The notes beneath the pieces are model-generated. The model worked only from the letters and a program-made list of their open reading frames with translations, had not been told where the DNA came from and did no database searches. Positions 37,063-50,600 of a stretch of DNA of 64,000 nt are shown here, piece after piece. Position 1 is the first letter of the stretch. Each line of letters starts with the position of its first letter. Source of the stretch: Trypanosoma brucei (taxonomy: Eukaryota). The translations under genes and the position numbers were made by a program. The stretch is from the NCBI GenBank assembly GCA_000002445.1, contig CP000068.1, forward strand, positions 1,440,001 to 1,504,000, in the 5' to 3' direction.

Positions 37063-38568
37063 TGATTATAGAATCAAAAATGCAAGCAAAAGATGGGCCT
37101 TCATAAGAGCAGAAATGATAACAGTTCCCTCTTTAACTTTGCACTGTTTGTTTTCTGCGTTCCAATCGCACTTTTTCGTGTCACAATCTTTCTCTTCAGT
37201 GGCTGTGCAAACCTCGGCTTTATTTTGCTCTTCTTTCTTATTTTCTGCTTTATCTGCTGCATCTGTTTTGCCGTCTCCTTTGGGACTGTCCCCTCCTGAA
37301 CCAGCTGCTGTCTTTTTGAGGTTAAGCGCATAGTAATAAGCCATGGCTTCGTTGTAATGTTCTGCCGCAATCGTGGTTGTAGGCCCTGTTATTGGTTTGT
37401 CACTTGTTGGAATTGAATTGCTGTCACTTTCTAGAGGCTTTAAAAACTTTGTCCCTACATCCCCTGTGTCCTTTCCGAATATTAGTTGTGCTACTGTTTT
37501 TGCATCTGCTTGTTCTGTTGGCCGCTTAGTTGTGCCTTTGGTTAAAAAGTCGTAGGCGGCTCTAGCCGTTGGCGTCTGAGCTAAGTCTACTAGAGCTTCT
37601 TTATCTAGAGGCTTCGGTGGTACGCTATAGGCCTTTTGTGCTGCCCTGATTGCTTGTGCGAGCAACTTTTCGCTAATGATCCAGCACCGTTCGTCGGAGT
37701 TTGCTGGTTGAATGTCTGCATCTTCCGCGCCGTCGGCTGTTGTTTCTAAGTTTATTGTCTTTGGCGTTATCGCCGACGTGCTGTACGTGATGGCCGTGAG
37801 TGCCAGTCCCTTTGTTGCAGCTGACGCGGTTTGCGCTGAGCCGTTGTCGCTGCAGTGTGTTGGCGTTGTTCCAGTGATCATTCCTGCCGAGTGCGTTACG
37901 TCGCCTATGCCTTCGATTACGCCCGTGGCCTTTGCTAGTTTGAGCTGTTTTGAAGACACGACTTTTATGCTTTTGAGTGTTTTTAGCTCTGCCGCAACTT
38001 TTTGGGCGGCTCTAAAGTGTGGTTTTTGGCCGGCGCACGACGACTTCAGCGTCGCGCCTGGAGTTGCTGAGACTCCGCATCTAGCCGTGTTGGCTTGGTT
38101 TTGCGTCAGCACTGTGCCGCCTTGGGTTTGCGCGGCGTGCTGGTACTGCAGTGGTCCTGCCGGTACCGTTAGTTTCAGGATCGCCAGAGCGCTCGCTCTG
38201 CGCCCCGCGACAGCCGCCAGGGCTGTCGTTACTGCCGCCGCCCGCGTGCTTGCTACTTTCGCCGCTTATTTTGCTCGCTGTTCTACCTCAGCTACCAGCA
38301 CCTCGTAAGCGACTTCCTTACTCGTGCCGGCGGCTTTTGCTTTTTCTAGTCTTAGCAGCTGGTTTTGCTCTTCGAGGCGCTCGGTCACTGCCGCCGCAGC
38401 CGTCACCCATGCAGCTAGTTCCGTTTCGATCGCTTGGTAGTAAACGTCTAGTGTACAGGCTTCTGTTGCTGCTGCATTAGCTTCGGTTTCTCCAGATTTT
38501 ACTCCCTGTGCCCCACTGGGTGCGGGCAGCGCCGCAACTAATGTTATTAAAATTAGAGTTTGTTCCAT
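37063..38568 (-). pseudogene. VSG, near full length, frameshifted between N-terminal fragment and main ORF
   Basis: ORF 38266-38568 has the signal peptide 'MEQTLILITLVAALPAPSGA'. ORF 37066-38112 (348 codons) has the VSG N- and C-terminal domains and ends '...CDTKKCDWNAENKQCKVKEGTVIISALMKAHLLLAFLIL*'. Confidence 0.8.
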
Positions 38569-40489
38569 TGGAGGAGATCTGGTGTAGCTGACCTCTTATT
38601 ATTAAATGTTTTTGCCGCCCTTCTGAAATCGAAGCTCGTGTTTTTACCTATCCTGTGTTAGTATCACTCAGAATTTAAGATATTTGAGAAAACAGTCTTT
38701 ATAAAGGCGCTTTTAGACCGCTACGGTTCTGCCCTTAAAAGAATACTTCGTTAGAGGACAGCCACAATGTGGCTATGGTTTCCCGATGAAAGAAAGGCCA
38801 GTTGTAGTTGCTTACGGTCGGCCATTATTAGAGTTAGTCTCAACACTTCTCACGTTTTGTAAAAATTACAAAAAAAATCAGTTTACATTTCTCTCTATTC
38901 CCCCTATCCTTTTTATTCTGTCTATTCCACATTCCACATTCCTCCAACTCCAACACTTCCATTTCAAAGCACTACAAAAAAGCTTCTACATCCACCATTT
39001 CCCTCAGCACAAGTTGAGCAGCTGATTTAGCTTCTTTTGTATCTAACTCTGACTAAAGTGCGGTTTTTTTCAGCTGTATGAGTTTCTGAACTCCTTTCCA
39101 CCTGGATTTTGGTCGATATGCGTAAAGCTATTGTCGCAGTTAGATTGGACTCTTAGATTGCTTGTTTTTTTAATTCGCTGTGACTTTATACGCTCTTGTT
39201 GTTGTCGGATACACTGCTGTTTGGTTTCGGCTTATATTGGCGTAATTTTGCCGTATAACTTATTATTGACAGGTAACGGTTTGTCGTGTAAGCCAATTAC
39301 CAAGTCAGCTCCATTTATAAATTTAAAACCCGTTTTTGTTGCTTTCTTTTAAATTACAATCTATTTCTCATCTATTTTATGAGCATTCACATCTCTGCCT
39401 CTATAAACAATTTAATAACTTTCCATAATTAAAGCGCCTATCATTTGTCCGTTGCACTTCGTTCCATTCTATCATCTTCTGCATCTTTTTCTTTGACTCA
39501 ATAACCAGCTAACAATGTCAGTTCTGACGCACACGACTGTTTTTTTCATTCTTTCTTGATCTCCTGGTCCGTTGTAGAACATTAACGCTTAACCCGTGGT
39601 AATGTGATACTATTCTCCAAATTTCTTATCTTTTGAGACTTATTTACTTTCTCTAGTGGGTGAAGATATTCCTTTTTCCTAATATAGAGCTTTGAATCAT
39701 TGAGTGCGGTTAGTGTTTTGCTTCTAGAACAGTATATAACTGTAGTCGTGCTCCTAAGCTACTCTTCGTATCTCATAACTGTCACCTAATGACTCATATA
39801 AACACTATTTAACAGTTTCCGCGTTTTTATTCTTTTTTAAAGGAAACAGTAATCTGTAAGTAGTCCTAATTTTATAACTCTCTTCACGATAAAATTATTT
39901 CGTTTTCCATAAAAATTGGTAATTGTTACTATAGCTGATAAGCAAATGACTTTGACGTTCCCTGACACGCACTTACACAATACACTTTATCTGTTTTTAC
40001 TTCTTATATTTTTTCTATACATCGAGACATTATAATTCACGATAATGTTTACAGCCACAGTCCCCTACGTCTTCGATGTTGTATCTATACATTTTTAGTG
40101 AAATACGTGGTATTGTCTCCTCCTGTACATCAGCTCTTTGCACATTTATTTTGCCTATCCAGCCGTTTCATTGCATAGGTTCCTCCTGTCGTGTTTCACC
40201 GCTTTGCCTACAGATAATATAGTGAGCCCATTTGGCCTCTACACTGAATTTTCTCCCTCCCTCATTGTTCCATTCAACATTCTCGTGTTTACCGCCTACC
40301 ATCTTCATGCTTGTGCACAAGCATCCACATATGCCATCTTTTACTCCCTCTGCTCCTTTCTCTCTGTTTTTTCTTTGAAAATATTCCCCGTGCTCATCCA
40401 CTCACTTTCACTTACTTAGTTGCCCCTACTGCATCCTTTCAATTGCCTTAAATGATTTAATTTCAATATTCCATTTAGTTTTCACCGCT

Positions 40490-40570
40490 AGTATAATATT
40501 AGTATATTCACACTCACAAAGGACTAGTATCATTATTATTATTATTTTAATTGTTATCCTTATAATTATC
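40490..40570 (-). repeat. 70-bp repeat, single copy
   Basis: 'tataatattagtatattcacactcacaaaggactagtatcattattattattatttt'. Confidence 0.7.
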
Positions 40571-40821
40571 ATAACAATACCTAATATCCATAAAATAGAT
40601 GGAAGACCCTAGATTATAATGGCACTAAATTTTTCATATCCTACCACTCCACTACTTTCAACCTATAGTGTACATTGATGTGCATTTCACGAAATATTCA
40701 AAATTCAAAATTCAACATTTTAACAATTTGCAAATGTTTGAAAAATGTGCTAACATATCTCAATTTTTAACAAAATTTTATAAATTTCCTGAAAAAAAAT
40801 ATTTATAATATTTTGTAACAT

Positions 40822-42270
40822 TCTTTAAAAATTTAATGGTAGTAGCCGCAATGCCAGCAAAAGAGGTGCCTTGTTAATAATAAAAGAATTGTTTCCTGTG
40901 GTGTTTGTGGTTCCAGTTTTTCCATCTTTTTCTCCTGTTTCTTCTACTGCTTTAGGTTCGCACTTGCCTTTATCATCAGTGCCTTTCCATTCGCATTTTT
41001 TCGGGTCACAATTACCTTTGGGTTTATCTTCGCACTCATCTGTAGCCCTGGAGAGTTCTCCCTGTCCCTTGACAGGTCGCGACTGGCCTACTTGCGTGAT
41101 AAGTGCCTCCTCCCTTTCTACTGTTTCGTATACACGTTGTGCTTGTCTAAGGACTTTTTGAAGTTGGGTTCCCGTGGCCTTTTTTTCTCTTACAGCTCTT
41201 TCCCCTTCGGCGACCGTGTCAGCGGCGGCTAATAGCTTGTGCAGCCAGTTGTCTGTGCTTACTGATGCAGACGCTGTGGCCGCTGAAATGCCGGTAAAAT
41301 CAACACAACCCTCGTTGGCGACACTGCGGCAGTCGCCATTTGTTGGTTCGCTTCCGTAGTAAATCAGGGCCCCGCCGGCTTCGCCCTTCGTTTTGAGCTT
41401 TGCTTTGAACGCTGTCACTAGGCTGCGGATGTGTGATGCTGTAAGTCGCTGCTGTGGTGTCTGTGTGCACTTGTTGTGGATTGTTTCGTAAATAGTTCCT
41501 ACGTTGGTTGATCCATCGAACGTTAGCGCCGTCGTTGTCGTGGCTTTCCTGCATAGCTCACCGCTCGTTTGAGTTCCGTCTTTGGCGCAGAGGCAGACAG
41601 CTGTGCCACATACCGCCGCTGCGGCCGCCGTTACTTTGCACGCCGTCTGACGGTTGCTCGGCATCGCTACCTTGCATCTTTTGTTTTGCGCCGCTGGCTC
41701 TGCTCCTGCGCCAAAAATGGCTTCCTGTATTTGCGCTTTTTAGGCTGCTTTCGCTGCTGCGATAATCGGTTTAATTCTAGATTTGTATTGCTCGACTAGC
41801 GCCGACGCTTCCGCTAGAAGTGTGCTGAGCTGCATCCTGGCTGCCGCTCCGGCTGGGCTTACGAGCTTATCCGTGGGGATGAGAGTTTTTGTTGGCAGAG
41901 AGTCCGCTTTGGCTGCCGCTACAGCGGCCTTTTTCCAGGAGTTCCATTGGGTTATGCATTGCTCTTTCGGTTTTGCTTCTTTGCAATAATTAGGATCTTC
42001 TTCGTCTGGTATGATCTCTTTAGGGAACATCACCTGCCACATTGGTAAGCTTAGTGACATGTTGATCTTTTCTAGTTCTGTATGCTCCATTGTTTGAAGA
42101 TCGCTGTCGTCGAAAGCTGATGCGTCGTCGGTGTGAAGGTTGATTACGTGACAAAGAAGCTCCAAATCTGCTACGTTCTTGGCATTGGCCTCATCCGCCT
42201 GAGCATATTGATTATAACACACGCACGCTGCTGTCACTATGATGACAGCTGTTGTTATGCAGTGAAACAT
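40822..42270 (-). pseudogene. VSG with one frameshift and an extended or altered GPI tail
   Basis: ORF 41740-42270 has the signal peptide 'MFHCITTAVIIVTAACVCYNQYAQA'. ORF 40825-41664 has '...AVCLCAKDG...CEDKPKGNCDPKKCEWKGTDDKGKCEPK...TNTTGNNSFIINKAPLLLALRLLPLNF*'. The canonical tail would be '...LLLAFLLF*'. Confidence 0.8.
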
Positions 42271-44009
42271 CTAGGGTTACGTTGGTTCCTAAGTCGGGCA
42301 ATTTAATTTCTTGTAATGGCGTTGATATATGTTTGTTTCTAAGCAGGATTTCCTGGTGCTGAAATGGGTTTAGTGTGTTATAGAAGTTTTGTGTTCCAGT
42401 TATATGAAGTTCTGGTGCATATTATCTTAATTATCACCTGTGTGGCATAGTAATCTTTTACAGCGCCACCATTGCTGTTGTTAGTAAGTGTTGAATGTTC
42501 GATAAATTAATTCCATCATCAAATACTGATGTCTGTGTTGCGGAGAAGAATAACTTGTCGCCACAGCATGATTTTTCCTAGTTTCTTCAGTTTATTGTGT
42601 ATGCATTATTCTGTGATATTTTCATTTGTATGCTTCAGCAATGTTGTCTGGTTTATGCCGTAGGCGTCTTTCTATTGTCTGAACAGTTTTTTTTGCCCAA
42701 ATGCTAATTTATACCAATTTATGAAATTATAATATCTGTCAGCTTCAAATCTATTGAATTGCGTTTGTCCGGCTGAACGTCGAAGTGTGTTATTTCCTTT
42801 CATAAATTAAGGGGATACTTGTATTTACAAAGCCAGTTGCAATTCCGGTTGATTGCTTATATCTTTTGGAATGTTCCCTTTATTCAAAGATTTGTATTTT
42901 AACATATAAAATGCCTTGGCCACGAAACCTTTGGTGTTGGGCTGCTTGCACTCGGTTAACAGACTGCTAGAATTATGTCTGTACACACAAATTCTGCTTC
43001 GAGTTGTGCTGTAGATTTCGCCTATTCTTGTGTAAATACGCTTGGCACACCTTTTATGATCGCTGGTGATTTCTGGTTGCGCTAGAGTTCACAGTATAGC
43101 GTCGGCTGTTTCTTCGACGCTATGTTGTGCTAGAACATCGCTGTGTATTTTTATGTTAGTTTGTCGGCACATATGGATGGGCTACAAAAGAGTTTCTACC
43201 GATAAAGCGCTTGCGTTTCTTTTTGATGGCTAGTCGTTTTTAACCGCGTCCTCATTTCTTCTCAAATCTCTATTAAGTTTTCCAGCATTGCTTTTTGTCA
43301 CTTAAATAAACGGAACGCTGTAGGGGGATAAACTGTTTGTGGCACATGGCTGCATTTTCGTGTGCTCTGCATGTGAGGTTTGATCCACTTGAATTATTCT
43401 AAGTAATCTCATTTGTAATCTTATAAATTTGTTATTTTTTCTACATTTTCTGGGTTTCTTGCGGTTCAGTACCGAAAATACTAAAACTTCAGTTACAACT
43501 AACAGCACTTTCATTTTTCTTAAGTGAAATATGCACTAATAGTTACCGTCTCCACACTATTTTGCAATGCAATAACAACTTTATCGTTGCTTTTTATTTT
43601 ATACTTTGACGCACTTTTCCTCTTAGGGCCAGTATTTTTAAATTTGTTGTTAGTTCTTGTACTTTTCGCAGGATTGGGTTAGGTCACCTTCTGTTTGTTT
43701 GGGTACTTGTGTTTTTATCTAGTTTATACGGTGGCGGAAAGACTTTTAGACTATTTGTAAAGTTTTCCTCTTACAAATTAACTGCATATTTAGATACGTA
43801 TATTATTATTTTACTCCATATTATCTTTTATTCCTTTTTGTCTCCGATTCTGCTTCTTCTGATAACGGACCGACACCATTTGGAGATACGCTGGACTCCG
43901 TCTCTCCATTACAGTCTTCTTCATTATCTGTTTGTGCATAATGATTTAGATCATCATATTTTGATGTCTAAACTACGCATATGTTATTTCTCTCTTTTTT
44001 CTAACTTTA

Positions 44010-44090
44010 TTATTATAATAAACGTATATACACACTCACAACACTCTCCTATTATTGTCATTATTATTATTATTAGACCACTATACATCA
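44010..44090 (-). repeat. 70-bp repeat, single copy
   Basis: 'ttataataaacgtatatacacactcacaacactctcctattattgtcattattattatt'. Confidence 0.75.
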
Positions 44091-44268
44091 AATATACAAA
44101 AAATAAACCAAATTATAATAGCACTCATTTTCCATATCTGACACTCTCTTACGTAGGATCTTTAGACTACTGTCATACTTATTTTGACCCAGAAGCGTTA
44201 TAATATATTAAATTTTCTCAAATTAGGAAAATTTTCAAATTTTTATAATTTTGAGAAAAATTCTTATA

Positions 44269-45675
44269 GTGTTATGCCAGAACCAAAACTGCAAGCAAAA
44301 GAGGGACCTTGTTAATCACAAAAGAATTGTTTACTGTGGTGTTTGTGTTTGTTTTTTCATCGTTTTCCGCTTTCACTGAGTCTTTAAGTTTGCATTTTCC
44401 GTCTTTGAAATCACACTTCTCATTGTCGCATTTAGCTTGGTCGCTTCCCTCGCATTTTATGTCAGACTTTGTGGCTGCGGCTATATTGTCGCATATCCTT
44501 GCTTTTGCTTCTAAAAATTGCTTTGAGACAGCTGTTAGTGCTACATTGTCTGGTGTAGCGAGATTCTCTAGCTTGTCTTTTAGCTCTTTGCCGCCGATCG
44601 TTAAGTCCATCATAGTTTCTTTAAGGGTTTTACAAAATCCATTTTCAAATGCATTTTTATCAGATCCAAATGTCTGGGTTATCAAACTGTCAATTTCTGC
44701 TTTTTGGGCGCTGTTTCCGGGGTCGTACTTGGTTGAAGCTCCGTGTGTTGCTGCTAGCATGACGCACCTGATTGTCTCGTCGCTTTTGCTTGTGGCGGTG
44801 GTCCCGAGATCAAGTTTGCTGAAGTCGCAGTATTTGTTCTTGAGGAAGTCATGTACTCTCCATTCAAGGTCGTGTTCGTGCCGTGCCAGAGATGTTTTGC
44901 CTTCGGTTTTTTTTTGGAGGCTCTGTTTGTGCTGATTTTCCTACTGCTTTCACCTGCAGTTGTTTGGGCGCCTTCTCCTTCAGCAGCTTTTTGTTGACTA
45001 CCTTGACCCGCCAGCTGCTTGGCGTGTTGCATCTGCCGCTGCAACCTGTGTTGCACAACTTGCGGTCGGTGTGCCCTGGGGTGCTGTATTGTTCCAGGCC
45101 GAAGACATTTAGGTTTTCTAGTCCTGGTAAGTTTACTTCCGTTTCTTTGGCTTCTAGGCTGCTGGCTTGTGCATCTGTGCAGCTGCTGCCGTCCGTGCCT
45201 GTGAGAGTTAGTTCGGCGTACTTCTCGGCTGCGCCGGCGCTGTCGGTAAGTGCTTCACCGCTGGCTGCACTGGCTGTTATTGCTGCCGCCTCCGCTATGG
45301 CCCAGTGCTTACCGGATTGTATCGCTAGGACAGTCGCGGTTTCGGCCGCCTTTGCTAAGCACTGCTCCGCTTTTCCAAGTAGTTCTGTTAGCTGTCTGTT
45401 GACTGCTGCTAGAAGTGCGATCGCGCCCCTGGATTTTGCCTTATCTGTCACACTGCTCGCTAGTTCGAGTAGCTCTCGAGCTTCCTGCATGGCCTTGATT
45501 TCGCTGAGCAGGAGTCGCGGTTGCTGTCGATTTGCTTTTTGTAGGCTTTGTATGTAGTTAGCTGATTTACATGCTGTCGACTGCTCGGCTGTCTCAGTGT
45601 CGGCGCCGTACGCGAGTATCGTTATTGCAAGAAACAGTGCTGATCCTGTGAAAGCCGCGTTTACTTTGCGCATTG
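44269..45675 (-). pseudogene. VSG with one frameshift (a-type N-terminal domain)
   Basis: ORF 44864-45727 has the signal peptide 'MRKVNAAFTGSALFLAITILAYGA' and an N-terminal domain. ORF 44272-44760 has the C-terminal domain '...KCEGSDQAKCDNEKCDFKDGKCKLK...NTNTTVNNSFVINKVPLLLAVLVLA*'. Confidence 0.8.
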
Positions 45676-47259
45676 TTGTGGCTAAATTCTGTTCTACCGT
45701 TAGAGTGGCTTTCTTGAGACGTAGCACCGGTGTTACAAACCTTTAGGGAGTTTCTGCCGCGAAGATATTGTTGTTTGTTTTTCTCCTTAGCTGCCGTGAG
45801 TTGCGTATATAGTGCAAGTAGGATTGAAAAAAAAATTGTCAGGACACTTAAGTGATTTGGCTTCCTGTGTCTTGGTGCCTGATTGCGCTAAAGTGTGAGA
45901 AAAATGAAGAGGTGATATCGCCCAGTTGGCACGCGCGTACTGCGATGGATGTTTCAGTTTCTAACCTTCTGCATTCCGTAAACATTCTATAACTACTAAT
46001 CAAAGGGTGGACTGTAACAGGAAAGGCCTTGTCAAAAGGCTTTATCGGTCTACTCCCTTTTATTTTAAGCTGAATGTGTGAATTCCAAATCTACTGAAAC
46101 TATACTAGGGATTGAGCAATTTGTGCCTTATTTTCAGCTGCCTTTCACCAGACTATGTGTGGGTGGTGCTCCACTCGCTCTGACGTTCCCGTGAAAAAGC
46201 ATACCGCTTAGCCAAAGGCCCTCATTCTTTCAAATCTAACCTATACCATTTATCCATATGTAAATCAATTAAAATTTATGTTTCTCCCTCCCTTCTATCA
46301 TCTTCTAATTTGAATGCCTCCCTTTTAACACGAAATAACGTGAAACTGTCGCTTCCTCTCGTAAATAAGATTGGCTTATTGTTTTTTATTTTGATTATCT
46401 GACTTCGTTTTGTGGAAATGGAGGTTCAAACTGGTATTTTTGGGCTCCAAAAGTACCTGACTCATTGCTGTTGTTCTAGTAATTCGTGCGGTCATCTGCG
46501 CCTCTGCGACAACTATTATATGAATTGTTCGTCCCTTCAAGGGTCTTGGTTTCTGGCGTCTATAACAATATGAAATAGGATGAGTATCATTAAAAACTTT
46601 CTGCAACGCGTAAATCTCCTCAAACAGGTAAAATACACTTAAAATAAAGCAGTTTCTGCTTCTTTTTTAATGTGTTATCCACCGTAATTAAACTGTAGTT
46701 AAAGCTTTAAAAATATCTTCTCACAAATATTACATTTTTTTACAGAAATGTTAGCAATTATTTCTACATCTGATGAGAATAATAATTTTACTTTTCCTCA
46801 TACTCATCCAAAACCTTCCTTCTTATGCTCATTCTCCTTCATTTTCACAGCTGGATGTTGGGATAGGCCATCAGAATAAAAAACTACAATCGCCGCTATT
46901 TCTCACTAGCATTTATACATTAAAAATTTATGCATAATCTTCAACTGTCATTTACTGTATTGTCACATTTTCTGGCATTTCATTCTGTATTTTTCAAACG
47001 TTTTGCTTACTGCTTCTTCAGATGATGTAGCAGCTCCATGTGGCTTGTACACTGTATTTACTTTTTATCCAATAGCTCACCCTATCATCCCTTTGTGTAT
47101 TGGCTGCCCCATTTATCATATTCTTTTTCATCTCTCTTTCTCTTTCCCTCTTTCTCTTCCTCTTACAAACTCTCCCCCTTATTCACTTACTCCCATTGCA
47201 CACTCGCCATTGTTTTAATCTCTTCTATTTTGTTCAAAGAATTTGCTTATCACAAACAT

Positions 47260-47320
47260 TCGTATTATAACAATAGTATGTACATACTCACAATACTCTC
47301 CTATTATTATTATTATACAT
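47260..47320 (-). repeat. 70-bp repeat, single degenerate copy
   Basis: 'tattataacaatagtatgtacatactcacaatactctcctattattattattatac'. Confidence 0.6.
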
Positions 47321-47545
47321 ATTAACCTAACTAATATAAATAAAATAACAAAGTTAGAATATACTCTAAGTAAGCAAAATAAAACAAAAAATAGAAAGAT
47401 TTTAGCATGGCGCTCGTTTTTCATCACCATCACTATACTACGATGTATCTATAGGTCATTATCGCACACATTTGACCTATATTCGAAAAATACATATTTT
47501 TCATACTTTTCAAGAATTCAGCTCTTTTCACATTTTAACGATAAA

Positions 47546-47561
47546 GTATTAAAATATATCA
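47546..47561 (-). promoter_or_regulatory. VSG 3'UTR 16-mer (1 mismatch), separated from its VSG CDS by the ingi insertion
   Basis: 'gtattaaaatatatca' lies ~45 nt beyond the ingi poly(A) end. The flank 47320-47605 plus 52887-52935 together reconstitute a normal-length VSG 3' downstream region (~340 bp against ~285-325 bp elsewhere in the window). Confidence 0.7.
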
Positions 47562-47605
47562 AATTATCTGAGTAGAAGATTCCAAAATTTTTCTAAATTT
47601 CCTAA

Positions 47606-50600
47606 TTTTTTTTTCATTGTGCATTTATTGTGCTCGTGCTTCGGTAGGGTCGTTACTGCTCCTGTGGCTCTGCAAACCAGAAAGGGACGTTGAGCGCAAC
47701 GGGGATCCCATCCTCGCTTTATTGAATGAAACTTTGAAGCTGATTGACTTATCCGCAGTTTCAGCTTCAAGGGGACGTTTCCTCATGGTTTCTGCAGTGC
47801 ACACCCATAACGACTTCGCTGCCGCAGAGGTGTGGTAGGCGAAATCCAACTCCGTGGGCGACCAGTGCCTCTTCACGGCTTGAGTGGGCCCAGATGTTGA
47901 CTCTAAGATTGGGGGGAGGGGGCAGATGGGCTCTCTAGGTTTAAGAGCTCCTTCAGGAAGCTGGCTAGTTGCACACTGAAGAACACTTCCTCGTCCTTCA
48001 GGGTTTCCAGACCGTGCTTTTCCCTTAGTGCTCGCAAGCTTGGGCACTGAAAGAGGTGCACTGCAGACTCCTTACACTTCACCTTCACTGAGTTATACTC
48101 AGCTTTCTTCTTCAGTTGGCCGTGCTTCGCGTGCAGGTGTATCGTGAGGCACTGCTTGACTGTGCACTTCATTTGGCAGTATGGACACTGGAGTGACCTT
48201 TGCAAAAGAGGTGTTACCGCTACCGTGCGGTCCTTCAGCTTCCGTTTCACTGCCGTGGCGTGCTCATGATGTGTGCGCGTGTGTCAAATCAGTGAGCACC
48301 ACTGCTTGTACGCCCTGCTGCGTCTATCATACACATAGTCCATTCCCTCTTTTCCTTCTGTGTGGCGGCCCACCCGAGGACGCTTCTGCGGTCTCTCCCC
48401 ATTTTCCCTTCCTGCTGACTCCAATGACCCACTCACCTTACTCTTTGCCTGAGCTTATGCTTTCACTACCTTTCGCTTTGCCTTCTCTTGTGGCTGAGGA
48501 CGCAATGACTCGTCGTGACCCGGGTGCTTTTCCAGCATGTGTCGCAGCAACCATCTGTAATGATATTGCTTTCTAAAAATGGAACACGCCACTGTAACCG
48601 ACTGCTCTGCCATGTTAGAGTCTTCCGAGTTCGTGTTCGAGGTTGGTTCGCACTTGTGCCTGGTGGGCCATGTCTTGCTTTTGAGGACGCGTTGGCACCT
48701 GTAGCATACAAATTCCTTTTTATCCTGCTCCTCCTGCTCTGCATCGCCATCACTGTCGGACGCGTCCTGTGACTCTATGGCGCTGCGCCTTAACTGCTTT
48801 TCCGGGTTTTTCTGCAGCCACGCGTGTACAGTGTACTTTTTCGCACACCAACGCCATTTGAGTGCGTTGCCATTATCGGCCCCATCTTACTCCACTGCTG
48901 GCACTCTATCCGGAGGGTGCTGTGCCATATACTCCACGAGTAGCCCACACCGCTCAAAGACATCACCGCACACATGACATCTGTAACCATTCTTATGCGT
49001 CTGCACCGCACCCTTAGCTTTCTTGGTCAGTGCTAATGCATAATTCCTCCCCAGACCATGAATCTTCACTAGGTGCACCACGTCAGGCTTTCTCCGCCCG
49101 CAAACCACGTTGAACAATCGGCAAGTGATCTGGTCGTTGCTCCTTGTCGCGATTCCAGGATATGGTGCGTTCGCATTGTCCGATGCTTACTCCGCCCCCC
49201 GGGCGCTCCTCTGCTGTGTCGCTGCGTGGTTCCTGCGTGTCGCACCGTATGCATCCAAGCTGGTCCGTCTTGCGTGTGAGCACCCTGTTAAGCGATCCAA
49301 AATGCTTCGAAGTGCCTGTTCTGAAGTGCGCCATCAGCGTCTCACCCAGACGTACCAGCCTTGTGTGCTTCGGTGCGGCCCGAACGTAGTCGAGTAGCGC
49401 ACTACGATGCGTACGCGGCATCCGGACCTCCTTGAAGGCCTTGTATACCGCATTCCCGACCTTCCTCTCCACACACGTCACTATGTCAGTGATCCATGCT
49501 GGATACGACTGCAGCTTTGTGTTTCCCTGCTCAACTGCCTTTTCAGCAGCTTCATCGCGCGGCACCCCGCAGTGTGAGAACACGAAATGGAAGTTGACGG
49601 ACACAAGAAGCCGCACAATACTCAAGATAAGATCCCAAATGCGTCCCAGAATCGAGCCCTCCACAACTTCAGGGCCAGTGCTCAGCGCCATCAACAGCGA
49701 AATTAAATCCGTGAGGGTCACCACTCTCGTTCTGTGCGTCTTGCTTAGCTCCATGAAATCCGCTAGCCTCTTCAACCCCGCCTCCATCGCCGCACATTCC
49801 GTGCGATAGCTGCAGGATGGCGACCCAACTCCCAGGGCAACCTTCTTCCGCTTCCTCTCTTTCGGGTACACAAGGGCACCTGCGCCTGAAGAGACGTCCA
49901 GCACCACGGACCCGTCCGTCCACACCTGGTTATCATAGTCCTTGAACAACTGTACCTGCCGCATGGTGTGCACCTTCTTGTCCCTCCCCGGCGCACCCGC
50001 TTTGAGGCCGCCTGGCTCGTTGGTGTTAAAGTGGACGCACGTGGCCATCCGCAACACCGTCGCATCGTGTGGATTCTCAGGGCCATCAATGGTGTTTTAC
50101 GGACGCTGTACCGTCGCAAGCATGACATGGGCTGGATGCTCAGGCGGGAATATGCTGTTCGTAATTTTTAATTGCGTTGGGCACTCTGCTTTCAGGCGTA
50201 GATAGCATGCCAAGGCTCTCAGGTGCGCCATATCATTTATAAACTTTAGCCGAGCTTCTCACACGGCATCCTCCCGATTGGCTGCCTTGGGAATACCCGT
50301 CATTATGTGTGCTGCCTGTGCCTGCACCCTCTCTAGCCTCTCATGATCCGACAGCGAGGAATCGGACCACCATGAAGCAATGCCGTAGAATATCTTAGCC
50401 CGGACCAGCACTAGGTAGAATGCTCGCAGTTTCTCCCTGTCTGGGCCCCATTCTGGCGACACCACTGCCCTAAGCTGCATGAGCCGCGTGTCTGCCGCTG
50501 CCTTCACGCTCCGTGCATGCTTGCTCAAACCCTTGTGCGGCTGCACGGTAATACCGAGCAGCTTCGGTGTGTACACTTCCTTCAACACAGTCTCTCCAAT

